Assembly: GCA_023144635.1 (NCBI GenBank)
Contig: JAGLFH010000036.1
Span: 2,645-66,644, forward strand
Length of the DNA: 64,000 bases
DNA from: Candidatus Auribacterota bacterium
GTDB lineage: Bacteria; Auribacterota; JAFGBW01; JAFGJP01
Reading direction: 5' to 3'
In this document: positions 1 to 10,017 of the stretch, piece by piece
How positions within the stretch are numbered: position 1 is the stretch's first letter
Layout: every line of letters begins with the position of its first letter
The notes under the pieces: generated by a model
Told to the model about the DNA's origin: nothing
The model's database searches: none
What the model saw: only the letters and a program-made list of their open reading frames with translations
Translations under genes and position numbers: made by a program

Positions 1-205
1 CTCGCCGAAGCAATCCTACCTACACACACTATGGCGAGCCCCCCCCTTCCAGCTTCATCCCGTACAGGGAGTTGTCCTTACAGGACTCACGTCCACGGCC
101 TCACAGCCGCAGCTTCCCGACTCTCCGTAGCCTCGGCGAAGGAGGTTATGCGTAGACACATGAAAGGTCTTATCGAGAGATACTATCCACAGAAAAAGCA
201 TTTTC
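1..205 (+). ncRNA. GC-rich structured RNA fragment, truncated at the window edge; best guess is the 3' portion of RNase P RNA
   Basis: About 170 nt at roughly 60% GC in a roughly 30% GC genome. The reading frame 31..219 has atypical composition. The segment acaTGAAagGtCTTATCG resembles the conserved RNase P P4 3' strand ACAGAAcccGGCTTATCG, and ttcatcccgtacagg resembles TTCATAAGGTACGG of P17/P6. Confidence 0.3.
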
Positions 206-262
206 CAGATATTTATTGACCCTAATCTGCATATTCACAGACTGATCGATAAAACATTATTG

Positions 263-1618
263 TTAAGATCCTTTCAACTTACTTATAAGTGTAGGGCGCG
301 AAATGTTCAGGATCTTTGCAGCATGAGACTTATTTTGATTAACCGCATCAAGAACATATTTTATATGACGCCTTTCGATCTCTTCTAAAGGAACAAGATC
401 TTCTTTCTTGTCTTCAAAAAAGTACTTCTGAAAATACATGGGTAGTGACTGCTTAGTTATCATATTTGTTTTTTCTATAGCAGCTGAAGATTTAATAATA
501 TTTTTTAACTCCCGAATATTGCCGGGAAAATTATACCGGTTTAAAAGCTCCATAGCCTTTTGATGAATTCCTTTGATCTTCTTTCTGTTCTTTTTATTGA
601 ACTCCTTAAGGAAAACATTTGCAAGCAGGCTAATATCTTCCCTTTTTTCTCTTAAAGGAGGAATTTCTACAATATGGGCAGATATCCTAAAATAAAGGTC
701 TTTCCTAAAAAGCCCTTTTTCCATCAAATGGAAAAGATTTTTATTAGTCGCGAAAACAAAACTGCAATTTACCTTTTTTACACGTGTATCACCTACAGGA
801 TAATATTCCTTATTCTCAAGCACTCGAAGAAGGCGAGATTGTACAGAAAGATCCAGATCACCTATTTCATCAAGAAAAAGAATCCCATTTTTAGTTACTC
901 CTATTATACCCTGACTCTCTGTCTGTGCACCTGTATATGCTCCTCTTGCATGCCCAAACAGCTCATTTGAAAGAAGTTCGTTCTGGTAAGAAGAAATATT
1001 GATTGCAGAAAATTTCTCATCTTTTCCAAAACGTATATCGTGCAAACTTCTCGCAAAAAGCTCTTTGCCTGTCCCCGACTCACCACAGATCAAAATGGGA
1101 TCATCTGTAAATGCAACTCTTTCAATTTGATGAAAAAGATCAAACATCTTACGGCTTTTGGTTATTATATTTTTAAAGACTTCCTTTTTTCCTATTTCAT
1201 GAGCTTTATCTTTAAGATTCTTTATTTTAAATAAAAGATCTTCTTTTTCAGAAATATGTTTTAGTGTAAGAATCAATTTTGAAGGATCAACAGGTTTTCT
1301 TAAATAATCATAAGCACCTATTTTTATAGCCTTTACAGCCATTTCAACATCATCAAGAGCAGTCAGCATCACACAGTCCATGTTTGGATACTTTCCGGCA
1401 AAAATTTTAAGAAGATCAACACCCAAAAGATCAGGAAGCTTTTGATCTATAACAGCAATATCAAAACCACCATTAGAACTTTCAGCAAATTTAAGAGCTT
1501 GCTTACCATTTTCTGCTGTTGTTACATTATAGATCTTTTCCTGAACAAGAAGCCTTTTAACAAAGCGTATGGTTGACGGATCATCATCAACAACAAGTAC
1601 TTCACTTTTTCTTAACAT
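263..1618 (-). CDS. Sigma-54-dependent response regulator, NtrC family (REC, AAA+ sigma-54 activation domain, Fis-type HTH)
   Basis: N-terminal REC with VVDDD. Walker A GESGTGKE. GAYTGA, a variant of the GAFTGA sigma-54 contact loop. C-terminal HTH AAKILNISRPTLISKLK. Confidence 0.9.
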   Translation of the reverse strand: MLRKSEVLVVDDDPSTIRFVKRLLVQEKIYNVTTAENGKQALKFAESSNGGFDIAVIDQKLPDLLGVDLLKIFAGKYPNMDCVMLTALDDVEMAVKAIKIGAYDYLRKPVDPSKLILTLKHISEKEDLLFKIKNLKDKAHEIGKKEVFKNIITKSRKMFDLFHQIERVAFTDDPILICGESGTGKELFARSLHDIRFGKDEKFSAINISSYQNELLSNELFGHARGAYTGAQTESQGIIGVTKNGILFLDEIGDLDLSVQSRLLRVLENKEYYPVGDTRVKKVNCSFVFATNKNLFHLMEKGLFRKDLYFRISAHIVEIPPLREKREDISLLANVFLKEFNKKNRKKIKGIHQKAMELLNRYNFPGNIRELKNIIKSSAAIEKTNMITKQSLPMYFQKYFFEDKKEDLVPLEEIERRHIKYVLDAVNQNKSHAAKILNISRPTLISKLKGS

Positions 1619-2270
1619 GAGCCGTTATCCTTTCGATCTCTTTAAATTTAGCAACAACATGCTTTATACGCTTACAACCTGTTTCTATATCAGATATCAT
1701 TTGAGGATAATCCTCCTTAAAAAATGGATAAACAAGTCTTGCTATTTCAAGATCAGGGTCATTGGAATAACATTCGTCAAGATGCTTTTTTATATCATTC
1801 CATGATTCTCTTAAAAAAGGGACATTTCCTATTACAAAAGTAGCTGAATTATTCATATCATGAATTATCTGGGTCAGAATACCCGAAATTGCAGAAAAGC
1901 TGTCTGTAAGTTCTTTACCAATAAGAAATAAATAATCCCTACCATGCAAACTTTCCCGTATTCCTGTCCACTCTAAATATAAAGTTTTATATTCTTTTGT
2001 TACAAAAATGCTTGTAAAAGGCTTAAAGGTCTTCTTTTTTAAATGAGACTTAAAAAAATATTCTCTAAAAACTTCTTGAGTCTCATGAAGGATAAAAGTA
2101 TCTGTAAAATTATTGCCGAATACCGAAGCCGCTTTGAGGCCTGTCATCTTTTCAGCCTGCTTATTAAAAAAGACAACGTTTTCATCTTCATCAAGAAGCG
2201 AAATAAAAAAAGGCATCTTTAGATACGAGCCAAGAGAATATTTTTTTATAAAATCTTTTTGATCTTTCAA
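1602..2270 (-). CDS. PAS plus HisKA-like (DHp, H-box) sensor protein with no HATPase_c domain
   Basis: N-terminal PAS-like fold. H-box-like IIHDMNNSATFVIGN, compare IAHDFNNILEIISGH in the hybrid kinase at 30545. The ORF ends about 50 aa after the H-box. Its stop overlaps the start of the NtrC-like gene by 17 nt. Confidence 0.55.
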   Translation of the reverse strand: MKDQKDFIKKYSLGSYLKMPFFISLLDEDENVVFFNKQAEKMTGLKAASVFGNNFTDTFILHETQEVFREYFFKSHLKKKTFKPFTSIFVTKEYKTLYLEWTGIRESLHGRDYLFLIGKELTDSFSAISGILTQIIHDMNNSATFVIGNVPFLRESWNDIKKHLDECYSNDPDLEIARLVYPFFKEDYPQMISDIETGCKRIKHVVAKFKEIERITAHVKKK

Positions 2271-2509
2271 TTTTTCCCACCCCTAAAGAAAAGATGACTA
2301 AAATTTTAATACATCTTAAAATCAACCGCAAGCAATAAAATAAAGATCCTTTTTTTATATTTTGCAGGGCTTGTCGCATCGTTTCATTGCCCGTAATAAC
2401 GATATTTTATGTTTTCCGTAGCCTTTCCATGCTTTTTCCGTAGTTAAATTTATAATAATCACACGAAGTGCTCCTTTAACGCACTACGCATAGTGTATAA
2501 CTATTTATG

Positions 2510-2537
2510 TTGCCAGTATAATTTTATTTGATATAAT
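2510..2537 (+). promoter_or_regulatory. Sigma70-like promoter for tRNA-Leu
   Basis: TTGCCA at 2510-2515, 16-nt spacer, TATAAT at 2532-2537, about 38 nt upstream of the tRNA. Confidence 0.4.
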
Positions 2538-2575
2538 AATCTTCATTTTTTTAGAATCTGCTTTATATTACTGAT

Positions 2576-2658
2576 GCGAGAGTGGCGGAACTGGCAGACG
2601 CGCTAGACTTAGGATCTAGAGCCTTTTGGTGTGGGGGTTCGACTCCCCCCTCTCGCAA
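2576..2658 (+). tRNA. tRNA-Leu, anticodon TAG
   Basis: Cloverleaf with acceptor stem gcgagag/ctctcgc. Anticodon stem ctaga/tctag with loop cTTAGga. Long variable arm. T-arm ggttcgactcc. CCA is not encoded. Confidence 0.9.
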
Positions 2659-2789
2659 AAGTTTTGCATGTTTAGTATGTTTTTAAGTTTTTCTTTCGCA
2701 ATAAGTTATGACAAATTCAATTATTTTATATAAAAAATTGTTGATTTAATATACTATTTTTTATACATTAAACATCTTTTTATGTATGA

Positions 2790-2864
2790 GCGAGCGTAGC
2801 TCAGCGGTAGAGCTCCACGTTGCCAACGTGGTTGTCGAGGGTTCAAATCCCTTCGCTCGCTCCA
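2790..2864 (+). tRNA. tRNA-Gly, anticodon GCC
   Basis: Acceptor stem gcgagcg/cgctcgc. D-arm tagctcagcggtagagc. Anticodon loop ttGCCaa. T-arm ggttcaaatcc. 3' CCA is encoded. Confidence 0.9.
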
Positions 2865-2893
2865 TTTTTATTTATAATGAACTGAGGTGAAAA

Positions 2894-4174
2894 ATGGATG
2901 TTAAAGCAGAAAAAAAACAAAGCTGTGTTCTTGAAGTAGATGTGAATATTCCTCAAAGTGAAACAGCAGGTGCAGAAAACGAAGCTGTAAATTATTTTCA
3001 ATCAAAAGCCAATATTCCTGGGTTTAGAAAGGGAAAAGCTCCAAAAAACATGGTCATAAACAGATTTAAACAGGATATTCAGCAATCTGTTCTAAGGCAA
3101 GTATTATGGAGTAAACTCTCTGAATATATTGAAAAAGAAAAACTGAAAATAACCAGCGACCCTATAGTTCAAGATATTAATTATAATTTTGGCGAAGATC
3201 TTAAATTTATTGCAACTCTCGAACTGGTCCCAGAATTTTCTCTACCTGAATACAAAAATATTTCAGTTGAAACAGAATCTAAGGAAATAAATAAGGAAGA
3301 AGAAGAAAAAGCCCTTAATGACATACGCGAAAAATATTCTCAATTCAAATCATCAGATGATGGGGTCATAAAAAAAGGTCACTTTGCTATCATAGATTAT
3401 GAATTGATCGTAGATGAAAACTCCATTGAAAAGAAAGATGCAACATGGGTAAAAATAACAGAAGATGCATATATAAAAGAATTTACATCTCAGCTTGCCG
3501 GTTTAAAAATAGGTGATGAAAAAGAAATAAAAGCAACACTGCCGGAAAATTATTTCCAGAAAGAACATGCAAATAAACAAGGCACTTTCCACGTAAAAGT
3601 AATAGATGCAAAAGAAAGGGTCCTTCCTGAACTTGATGATGCTTTTGCAAAACAAGTGGGACCATATGAAAATATTGAAGCATTAAAGAAAAACATTTAT
3701 GACCGACTAAAAGATTTTAAGGAACAAAATTCTAAAACTGTCATAGAAAATCAAATAAGTGACTATCTTTTAAACAGTACGAAAATGGATCTTCCTCCTA
3801 ATCTTTTACTTCAAGAAAAACAGGCCGTTATAAAGGAATCTATACAGCGCATGCATTACGGCGGACTTAAGGAAGAGGATATAAAAGGAAGGCTTCCGGA
3901 AATTGAAAAAGAATCAGAAAAAAAAGCTCCTGAAAATCTCATATTACACTTTGTTCTTGAAAAAATAATAGAACTTGAAAATATTAAATGCGAAGATGAG
4001 GATTTTGAAAAAGAATTTGAGAGGATGAGTACAGCATTTCACATGCCCGTAGAAAAAATAAAAGAACGTTTTTCAGAAGGTAAAGAAAAAGAAAGCCTTA
4101 CTGCTAGAATACGTAAAATAAAAGCTATTGATTTTCTAATAAATAGCGCTAATATAAAAGAAATAGCATCATGA
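2894..4174 (+). CDS. tig: Trigger factor
   Basis: Signature [13 protein letters not shown]. Length 426 aa. Conserved position upstream of clpP-clpX. SD gaggtg. Confidence 0.92.
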   Translation: MDVKAEKKQSCVLEVDVNIPQSETAGAENEAVNYFQSKANIPGFRKGKAPKNMVINRFKQDIQQSVLRQVLWSKLSEYIEKEKLKITSDPIVQDINYNFGEDLKFIATLELVPEFSLPEYKNISVETESKEINKEEEEKALNDIREKYSQFKSSDDGVIKKGHFAIIDYELIVDENSIEKKDATWVKITEDAYIKEFTSQLAGLKIGDEKEIKATLPENYFQKEHANKQGTFHVKVIDAKERVLPELDDAFAKQVGPYENIEALKKNIYDRLKDFKEQNSKTVIENQISDYLLNSTKMDLPPNLLLQEKQAVIKESIQRMHYGGLKEEDIKGRLPEIEKESEKKAPENLILHFVLEKIIELENIKCEDEDFEKEFERMSTAFHMPVEKIKERFSEGKEKESLTARIRKIKAIDFLINSANIKEIAS

Positions 4175-4178
4175 AAGG

Positions 4179-4811
4179 ATGGTCTTAATGACAATTAAAA
4201 ATGCACACATACCAATGCCTTTTGTTATTGAACAAGAAGGCCGTTTTGAACGTTCTTATGATATATATTCCCGGCTTTTAAAGGACAGGATAATTTTTAT
4301 AGGAACACCTATCGATGACACTGTTGCCAACGTAGTAATAGCTCAAATGCTGTTTCTCCAAATGGAAGCACCAGAGAAAGATCTTCATCTTTATATAAAT
4401 TCTCCTGGAGGTATTGTAACATCTGGAATGGCTATCTATGATACTATGCAGTTTTTGAAATGCGATATAACTACATATTGCATAGGACAAGCCGCAAGCA
4501 TGGGTGCGCTGCTGCTAGCAGCAGGAACAAACGGAAAACGTTTTTCTCTTCCGAACGCACGTATTATGATCCACCAGCCTGCCGGTGGGGCACAAGGACA
4601 AGCTATAGACATCCACATACAGGCTAAAGAAATTATGAGAATGAAACAAACGTTAAACGAAATTCTTGCAAAACATACCGGTCAGAAAATATCTAAAATA
4701 GAAAAAGATGTGGATAGAGATTATTTTATGAGTGCTGAAGATGCATGTAAATACGGTATTGTAGATAAAGTCATTTCAACATCAAAAGAAACAAAAAAAC
4801 AGCAAGACTGA
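4179..4811 (+). CDS. clpP: ATP-dependent Clp protease proteolytic subunit
   Basis: Catalytic-serine region [33 protein letters not shown]. Confidence 0.95.
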   Translation: MVLMTIKNAHIPMPFVIEQEGRFERSYDIYSRLLKDRIIFIGTPIDDTVANVVIAQMLFLQMEAPEKDLHLYINSPGGIVTSGMAIYDTMQFLKCDITTYCIGQAASMGALLLAAGTNGKRFSLPNARIMIHQPAGGAQGQAIDIHIQAKEIMRMKQTLNEILAKHTGQKISKIEKDVDRDYFMSAEDACKYGIVDKVISTSKETKKQQD

Positions 4812-4815
4812 TATA

Positions 4816-6069
4816 ATGGCAAAAAAAAACAAAAATACTTTTGGCACTTACTGTTCTTTCTGCGGTAAAAGCCATGATCAGGTGAAAAAACTTATAGCAG
4901 GTCCAGGAGTATTTATTTGCGACGAATGCATAATATTATGCAAAGACCTTATTGACAGAGAAAACAAGCCTAAAGGAAAAGCCATAAAAGGGCTTGATAA
5001 ACTACGAATACCTTCTCCAAAAGAAATAAACTCTCTCCTTAATGAGTATGTTATAGGCCAGGAACATGCAAAAAAGGTTCTTTCTGTTGCTGTTTATAAT
5101 CATTACAAAAAGATCACATTAAATATGTCAGAAAGCGATGTTGATCTTGAAAAAAGCAACGTTCTTCTTATTGGTCCGACTGGAAGCGGAAAAACTCTTC
5201 TTGCAAGAACACTTGCAAAAATACTCGATGTACCTTTTTGTATTGCTGACGCAACAACACTTACTGAGGCAGGATACGTAGGAGAAGATGTAGAAAACAT
5301 CCTTCTAAAACTTGTTCAGGCAGCTGATTACAATGTAGACCGTGCTGAAGTTGGAATCGTGTATATTGATGAAATAGATAAAATCAGCCGCACAACCGAA
5401 AACGTATCGATAACTAGAGATGTATCAGGAGAAGGAGTTCAGCAAGCATTGCTAAAGATCCTGGAAGGAACTGTATCAAATATTCCTCCTAAAGGAGGAA
5501 GAAAACACCCTCATCAGGAATTTATTCAAGTTAATACTGAAAACATCCTTTTTATTTGTGGCGGAGCTTTTGACGGCTTGGAAAAGATAATTAAAAGACG
5601 ATTAGGAAAAAAAGTTATGGGATTTGCCGATAAGGACAAAACTGTAACAAAAATCCATGATCTTCTTCATAAAATCCAGCCAAAAGATCTAATAAAATAC
5701 GGATTGATCCCTGAATTTGCAGGAAGATTGCCTGTTATCTCATCATTATCTGAACTCTCAAAGCATGAATTAGGTCATATTCTTACAAAACCTAAAAATG
5801 CACTTGTTAAACAGTATAAAAAGATATTTGAGATGGAAGGATTGGAACTTGTTTTTGACGATAAAGCGCTTGAGGCTATTTCAACACTCGCTATGGACAA
5901 AGATACCGGAGCAAGAGCCCTTAGGTCAATAATAGAAGAAGCTTTACTTGATGTGATGTATTCCTTGCCTTATAAGAAAAATGTAAAACAATGTATTATC
6001 ACCAAAGATGTCATCCTGTCAAAAGCACATCCAACGCTTGTTGAAAATATAAAGAAGATGGCTTCTTAA
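4816..6069 (+). CDS. clpX: ATP-dependent Clp protease ATP-binding subunit ClpX
   Basis: N-terminal zinc finger CSFCGK...CDEC. Walker A GPTGSGKT. ClpX family length. Confidence 0.95.
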   Translation: MAKKNKNTFGTYCSFCGKSHDQVKKLIAGPGVFICDECIILCKDLIDRENKPKGKAIKGLDKLRIPSPKEINSLLNEYVIGQEHAKKVLSVAVYNHYKKITLNMSESDVDLEKSNVLLIGPTGSGKTLLARTLAKILDVPFCIADATTLTEAGYVGEDVENILLKLVQAADYNVDRAEVGIVYIDEIDKISRTTENVSITRDVSGEGVQQALLKILEGTVSNIPPKGGRKHPHQEFIQVNTENILFICGGAFDGLEKIIKRRLGKKVMGFADKDKTVTKIHDLLHKIQPKDLIKYGLIPEFAGRLPVISSLSELSKHELGHILTKPKNALVKQYKKIFEMEGLELVFDDKALEAISTLAMDKDTGARALRSIIEEALLDVMYSLPYKKNVKQCIITKDVILSKAHPTLVENIKKMAS

Positions 6070-6159
6070 TAGATATTTGTTTTATTCACAAAATAAGTAA
6101 TTAGTAATTAATAATTTAAAATAAAAGCATGTTGTACTAACGGAAGGATATGGTTTTAA

Positions 6160-7440
<1,281 letters not shown>

Positions 7441-7479
7441 ATTTTTTAAATGCTTTTAACCTAAGAGATCTATTTATTT

Positions 7480-8751
7480 ATGCCTGATTTGGGAAATAAA
7501 ACTATTCTTATTGCTGATGATGAAGAAATCATTTGTAAACCATTAAGAATGTTTTTCGAAAAAAAAGGTTTTTTTGCTCTAACTGCTTTTGACGGTGAAG
7601 AAGCTTATAAAATATTACAGTCAGCTAAAGTAGACGTTATGTTGGCTGATCTAAAAATGCCAAAATTAAGCGGATTAGAGCTTATTAAAAAAGCAAAAGA
7701 AAGCATACCTCATCTTCCTATAGTAATACTTAGCGGAGGAGGATCAATAGAAGATGCCACTTTTACAATTAAATCAGGCGCTTTTGATTACATCCAAAAA
7801 CCTATAGAGAATATGGACGAGCTTGAGCGCGTTATTAATCGTGCTATAGAGCGAGGTGAACTCGAGAAACAGCAAGAAATACTTCAAAGGAACCTCCGGG
7901 AAAAAACACAAAAACTAGAAGAAAAGATCATAGAAGTAAATAAAGCAAAAGAACAGGTTGAAAAACAATCGTTTTATCTTCAACAGGCTCTTGAAATGAT
8001 AGAAGATCAAAATATTAAGATGGAGGAAGATCTAAAAAGCGCTCAACGCATACAAGAAGACCTTCTTCCAAAAGAGCTTCCTAACGGAGAACATTTTTCT
8101 TTTGCTTCAAAATATATTCCTTCAGGAAAAGTAGGAGGTGATATGTTTGATGCTTTTTTTGATCCTACATATAAAATAAACCTTTATATAGCTGATGTTG
8201 CCGGCCACGGGGTAGGAGCTGCTATGGTTACTGTTTTTTTAAAAAAAACAATAACTCCTTTTGAACAATATACCGATAGAAATACCACTCCAAAAGAAAT
8301 TTTGTCATTACTTAATCAAGAGCTTATTAAAGCAAGTTTTGGACGCATGCTTTTTGTTACAATGCTCTATGCAACATTCAATCCGTTATCGAAACAGTTT
8401 ACTTATGCATCAGCAGGACACCCACCCTTCATACTAAAAAGCCCGGGTAAAGAACCTGTAATGTTAAGAACTGACGGGATGTCACTGGGGTGGAAAAAAG
8501 ATCCTAACTTTATAGAAAACACTATTACTCTTGAGAAAAAAGACCGATTGATCTTTTTTACAGACGGGCTTGTTGATGCTATGGACCGCAACACCAATAA
8601 TCCTTATGGGATGGATAAAGTTTTAGCAACGGTTAATAATGAAAAGTATCATGACTTGCCACCGGATGATTTAATAAATGATATCCTTGCAGACATAAAA
8701 AAAGAGTGCGATATAAAAGATGATGTTTCCATTCTAGCACTGTCAATCTGA
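7480..8751 (+). CDS. Response-regulator receiver fused to a PP2C/SpoIIE-type serine phosphatase (RsbU-like)
   Basis: REC domain LIADDEEI...DLKMP. Central coiled coil. PP2C motifs DVAGHGVGAAMV and FTDGL. Confidence 0.8.
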   Translation: MPDLGNKTILIADDEEIICKPLRMFFEKKGFFALTAFDGEEAYKILQSAKVDVMLADLKMPKLSGLELIKKAKESIPHLPIVILSGGGSIEDATFTIKSGAFDYIQKPIENMDELERVINRAIERGELEKQQEILQRNLREKTQKLEEKIIEVNKAKEQVEKQSFYLQQALEMIEDQNIKMEEDLKSAQRIQEDLLPKELPNGEHFSFASKYIPSGKVGGDMFDAFFDPTYKINLYIADVAGHGVGAAMVTVFLKKTITPFEQYTDRNTTPKEILSLLNQELIKASFGRMLFVTMLYATFNPLSKQFTYASAGHPPFILKSPGKEPVMLRTDGMSLGWKKDPNFIENTITLEKKDRLIFFTDGLVDAMDRNTNNPYGMDKVLATVNNEKYHDLPPDDLINDILADIKKECDIKDDVSILALSI

Positions 8752-8980
8752 GACAAGTCAGAAATTAGAAGACAGAGGACAGAAAGCAGAGAACAGAGAA
8801 AAAAACAAAAAGCCTTCAACTCATTTTATATTAGCTCAAGTGTCCGGCTAAGCCCTTTAAATTCACGGTAAAACCATACCCCCTTAACGCCTTACCTTCT
8901 GTTGTTTTTAGATAACATCCATTTCTTTCGTGTTTATCCTTTAACAAAAAAATCTACCACTGTGAAACAGATCTCATGTC

Positions 8981-9026
8981 CGCTTTGCGCAGGATCCCGT
9001 GGTCGAAGCCACGGGATGACAACAAT
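8981..9026. repeat. REP-like palindromic repeat, copy 1
   Basis: ccgctttgcgcaGGATCCCGtggtcgaagccaCGGGATGACaac. Related copies at 14643, 38142, 51666 and 53578. Confidence 0.6.
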
Positions 9027-9087
9027 TTATCATTTTAAATTTCCTACATAAATCCGAATAAATTTCTGATAACAACAAAAATCAAAT

Positions 9088-9891
9088 TCACACTGGAACA
9101 GAGGCAAGCGTTAACCCGATAACTTCCCTAGCCCCATTCTGTTTTAGTATACGTGCACACTCGTTCATAGTCGCTCCTGTTGTTAAAACATCATCAACAA
9201 GTAGTATTGATGCTTTTTTAATATCAATTTTTTTATTAACAAAAAAAGCACCTTTTATATTTTTCTGCCGTTCATTTCTTTTAAGTGCTGTTTGACTTTT
9301 AGAAGAAAAATGACGTTCAATAACACTTATGGGTTTAGAAAGGAATAGTTTTTTTGAAATATGGCTTGATAGGATCTCGCTTTGATTATAACCCCTGTCT
9401 TTTAATTTTTCACGGGAAAGAGGCACGGGTACGATTAAAACATTTTCAAGCCATTTGCGTCTCTTTTCCTTTCTTATCTTTGATGACATAAAGCTGGATA
9501 AAAAATATCCATAGTGATCTTTTCCATGATATTTAAATGCATAGATCGCTTTTTTTAATTTTTCATTAAAGCAAAGAGCAGAAATAGAACGATCAATAAA
9601 GATCTTATTTTCGCGACATTGCAGGCATTTAAGCCCTTCCGGGTAAGTTGAATGCGTCATGGGTCTTCCACAAATTTTACAATTTTGGTTTTTATTAAAA
9701 TTAAGCTTTTTAAAACATTTTTTACAAAATCCCAGATAAAAAGATGTTTTTATTATTTTATTACATGAAAGACAATAGAATGGAAAGACCAGGTTTACAA
9801 CTGATCTTCCCACGCTAAATAGTCTATTGTAAATTATTTTAATGTAGCTCATTGCAGCTTGAAGTATAAAATAATCGCGAAAATAGCACAA
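9088..9891 (-). CDS. ComF-family protein (double zinc ribbon plus phosphoribosyltransferase domain)
   Basis: N-terminal CxxC pairs. IVPVPLSREKLKDRGYNQSE. PRTase motif ILLVDDVLTTGAT. Confidence 0.75.
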   Translation of the reverse strand: MCYFRDYFILQAAMSYIKIIYNRLFSVGRSVVNLVFPFYCLSCNKIIKTSFYLGFCKKCFKKLNFNKNQNCKICGRPMTHSTYPEGLKCLQCRENKIFIDRSISALCFNEKLKKAIYAFKYHGKDHYGYFLSSFMSSKIRKEKRRKWLENVLIVPVPLSREKLKDRGYNQSEILSSHISKKLFLSKPISVIERHFSSKSQTALKRNERQKNIKGAFFVNKKIDIKKASILLVDDVLTTGATMNECARILKQNGAREVIGLTLASVPV

Positions 9892-9941
9892 TCAATGCTT
9901 TTAAAACCTTCTAGGTTTCATCTCTAATTTTTCTGTTTATC

Positions 9942-9970
9942 TTGACAAAAACGGCCGTCTGCGATATAAA
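9942..9970 (+). promoter_or_regulatory. Sigma70-like promoter upstream of ileS
   Basis: TTGACA at 9942-9947, 17-nt spacer, TATAAA at 9965-9970. ATG at 10018. Confidence 0.45.
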
Positions 9971-10017
9971 GTTATATTTTTCATAACTAAAACACATAAA
10001 ATATTTTAGGAAAGAAT

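Noticed and set aside
1-140. Possible 5S rRNA on the minus strand, and a 16S 3'-end-like AAGGAGGT at about 137-147
   Set aside because: The resemblance to 5S is short and the candidate is about 35 nt too long. The AAGGAGGT is an isolated 8-mer with no anti-SD context; ATGCGTAG follows it, not GATCACCTCCTT.
31-219. 62-aa ORF (MASPPLPASSRTGSCPYRTHVHGL...)
   Set aside because: It lies entirely within the GC-rich structured-RNA-like segment, and its Pro/Ser/Arg/Ala composition is unlike every other protein in this AT-rich genome. It is almost certainly a spurious ORF over an RNA gene.
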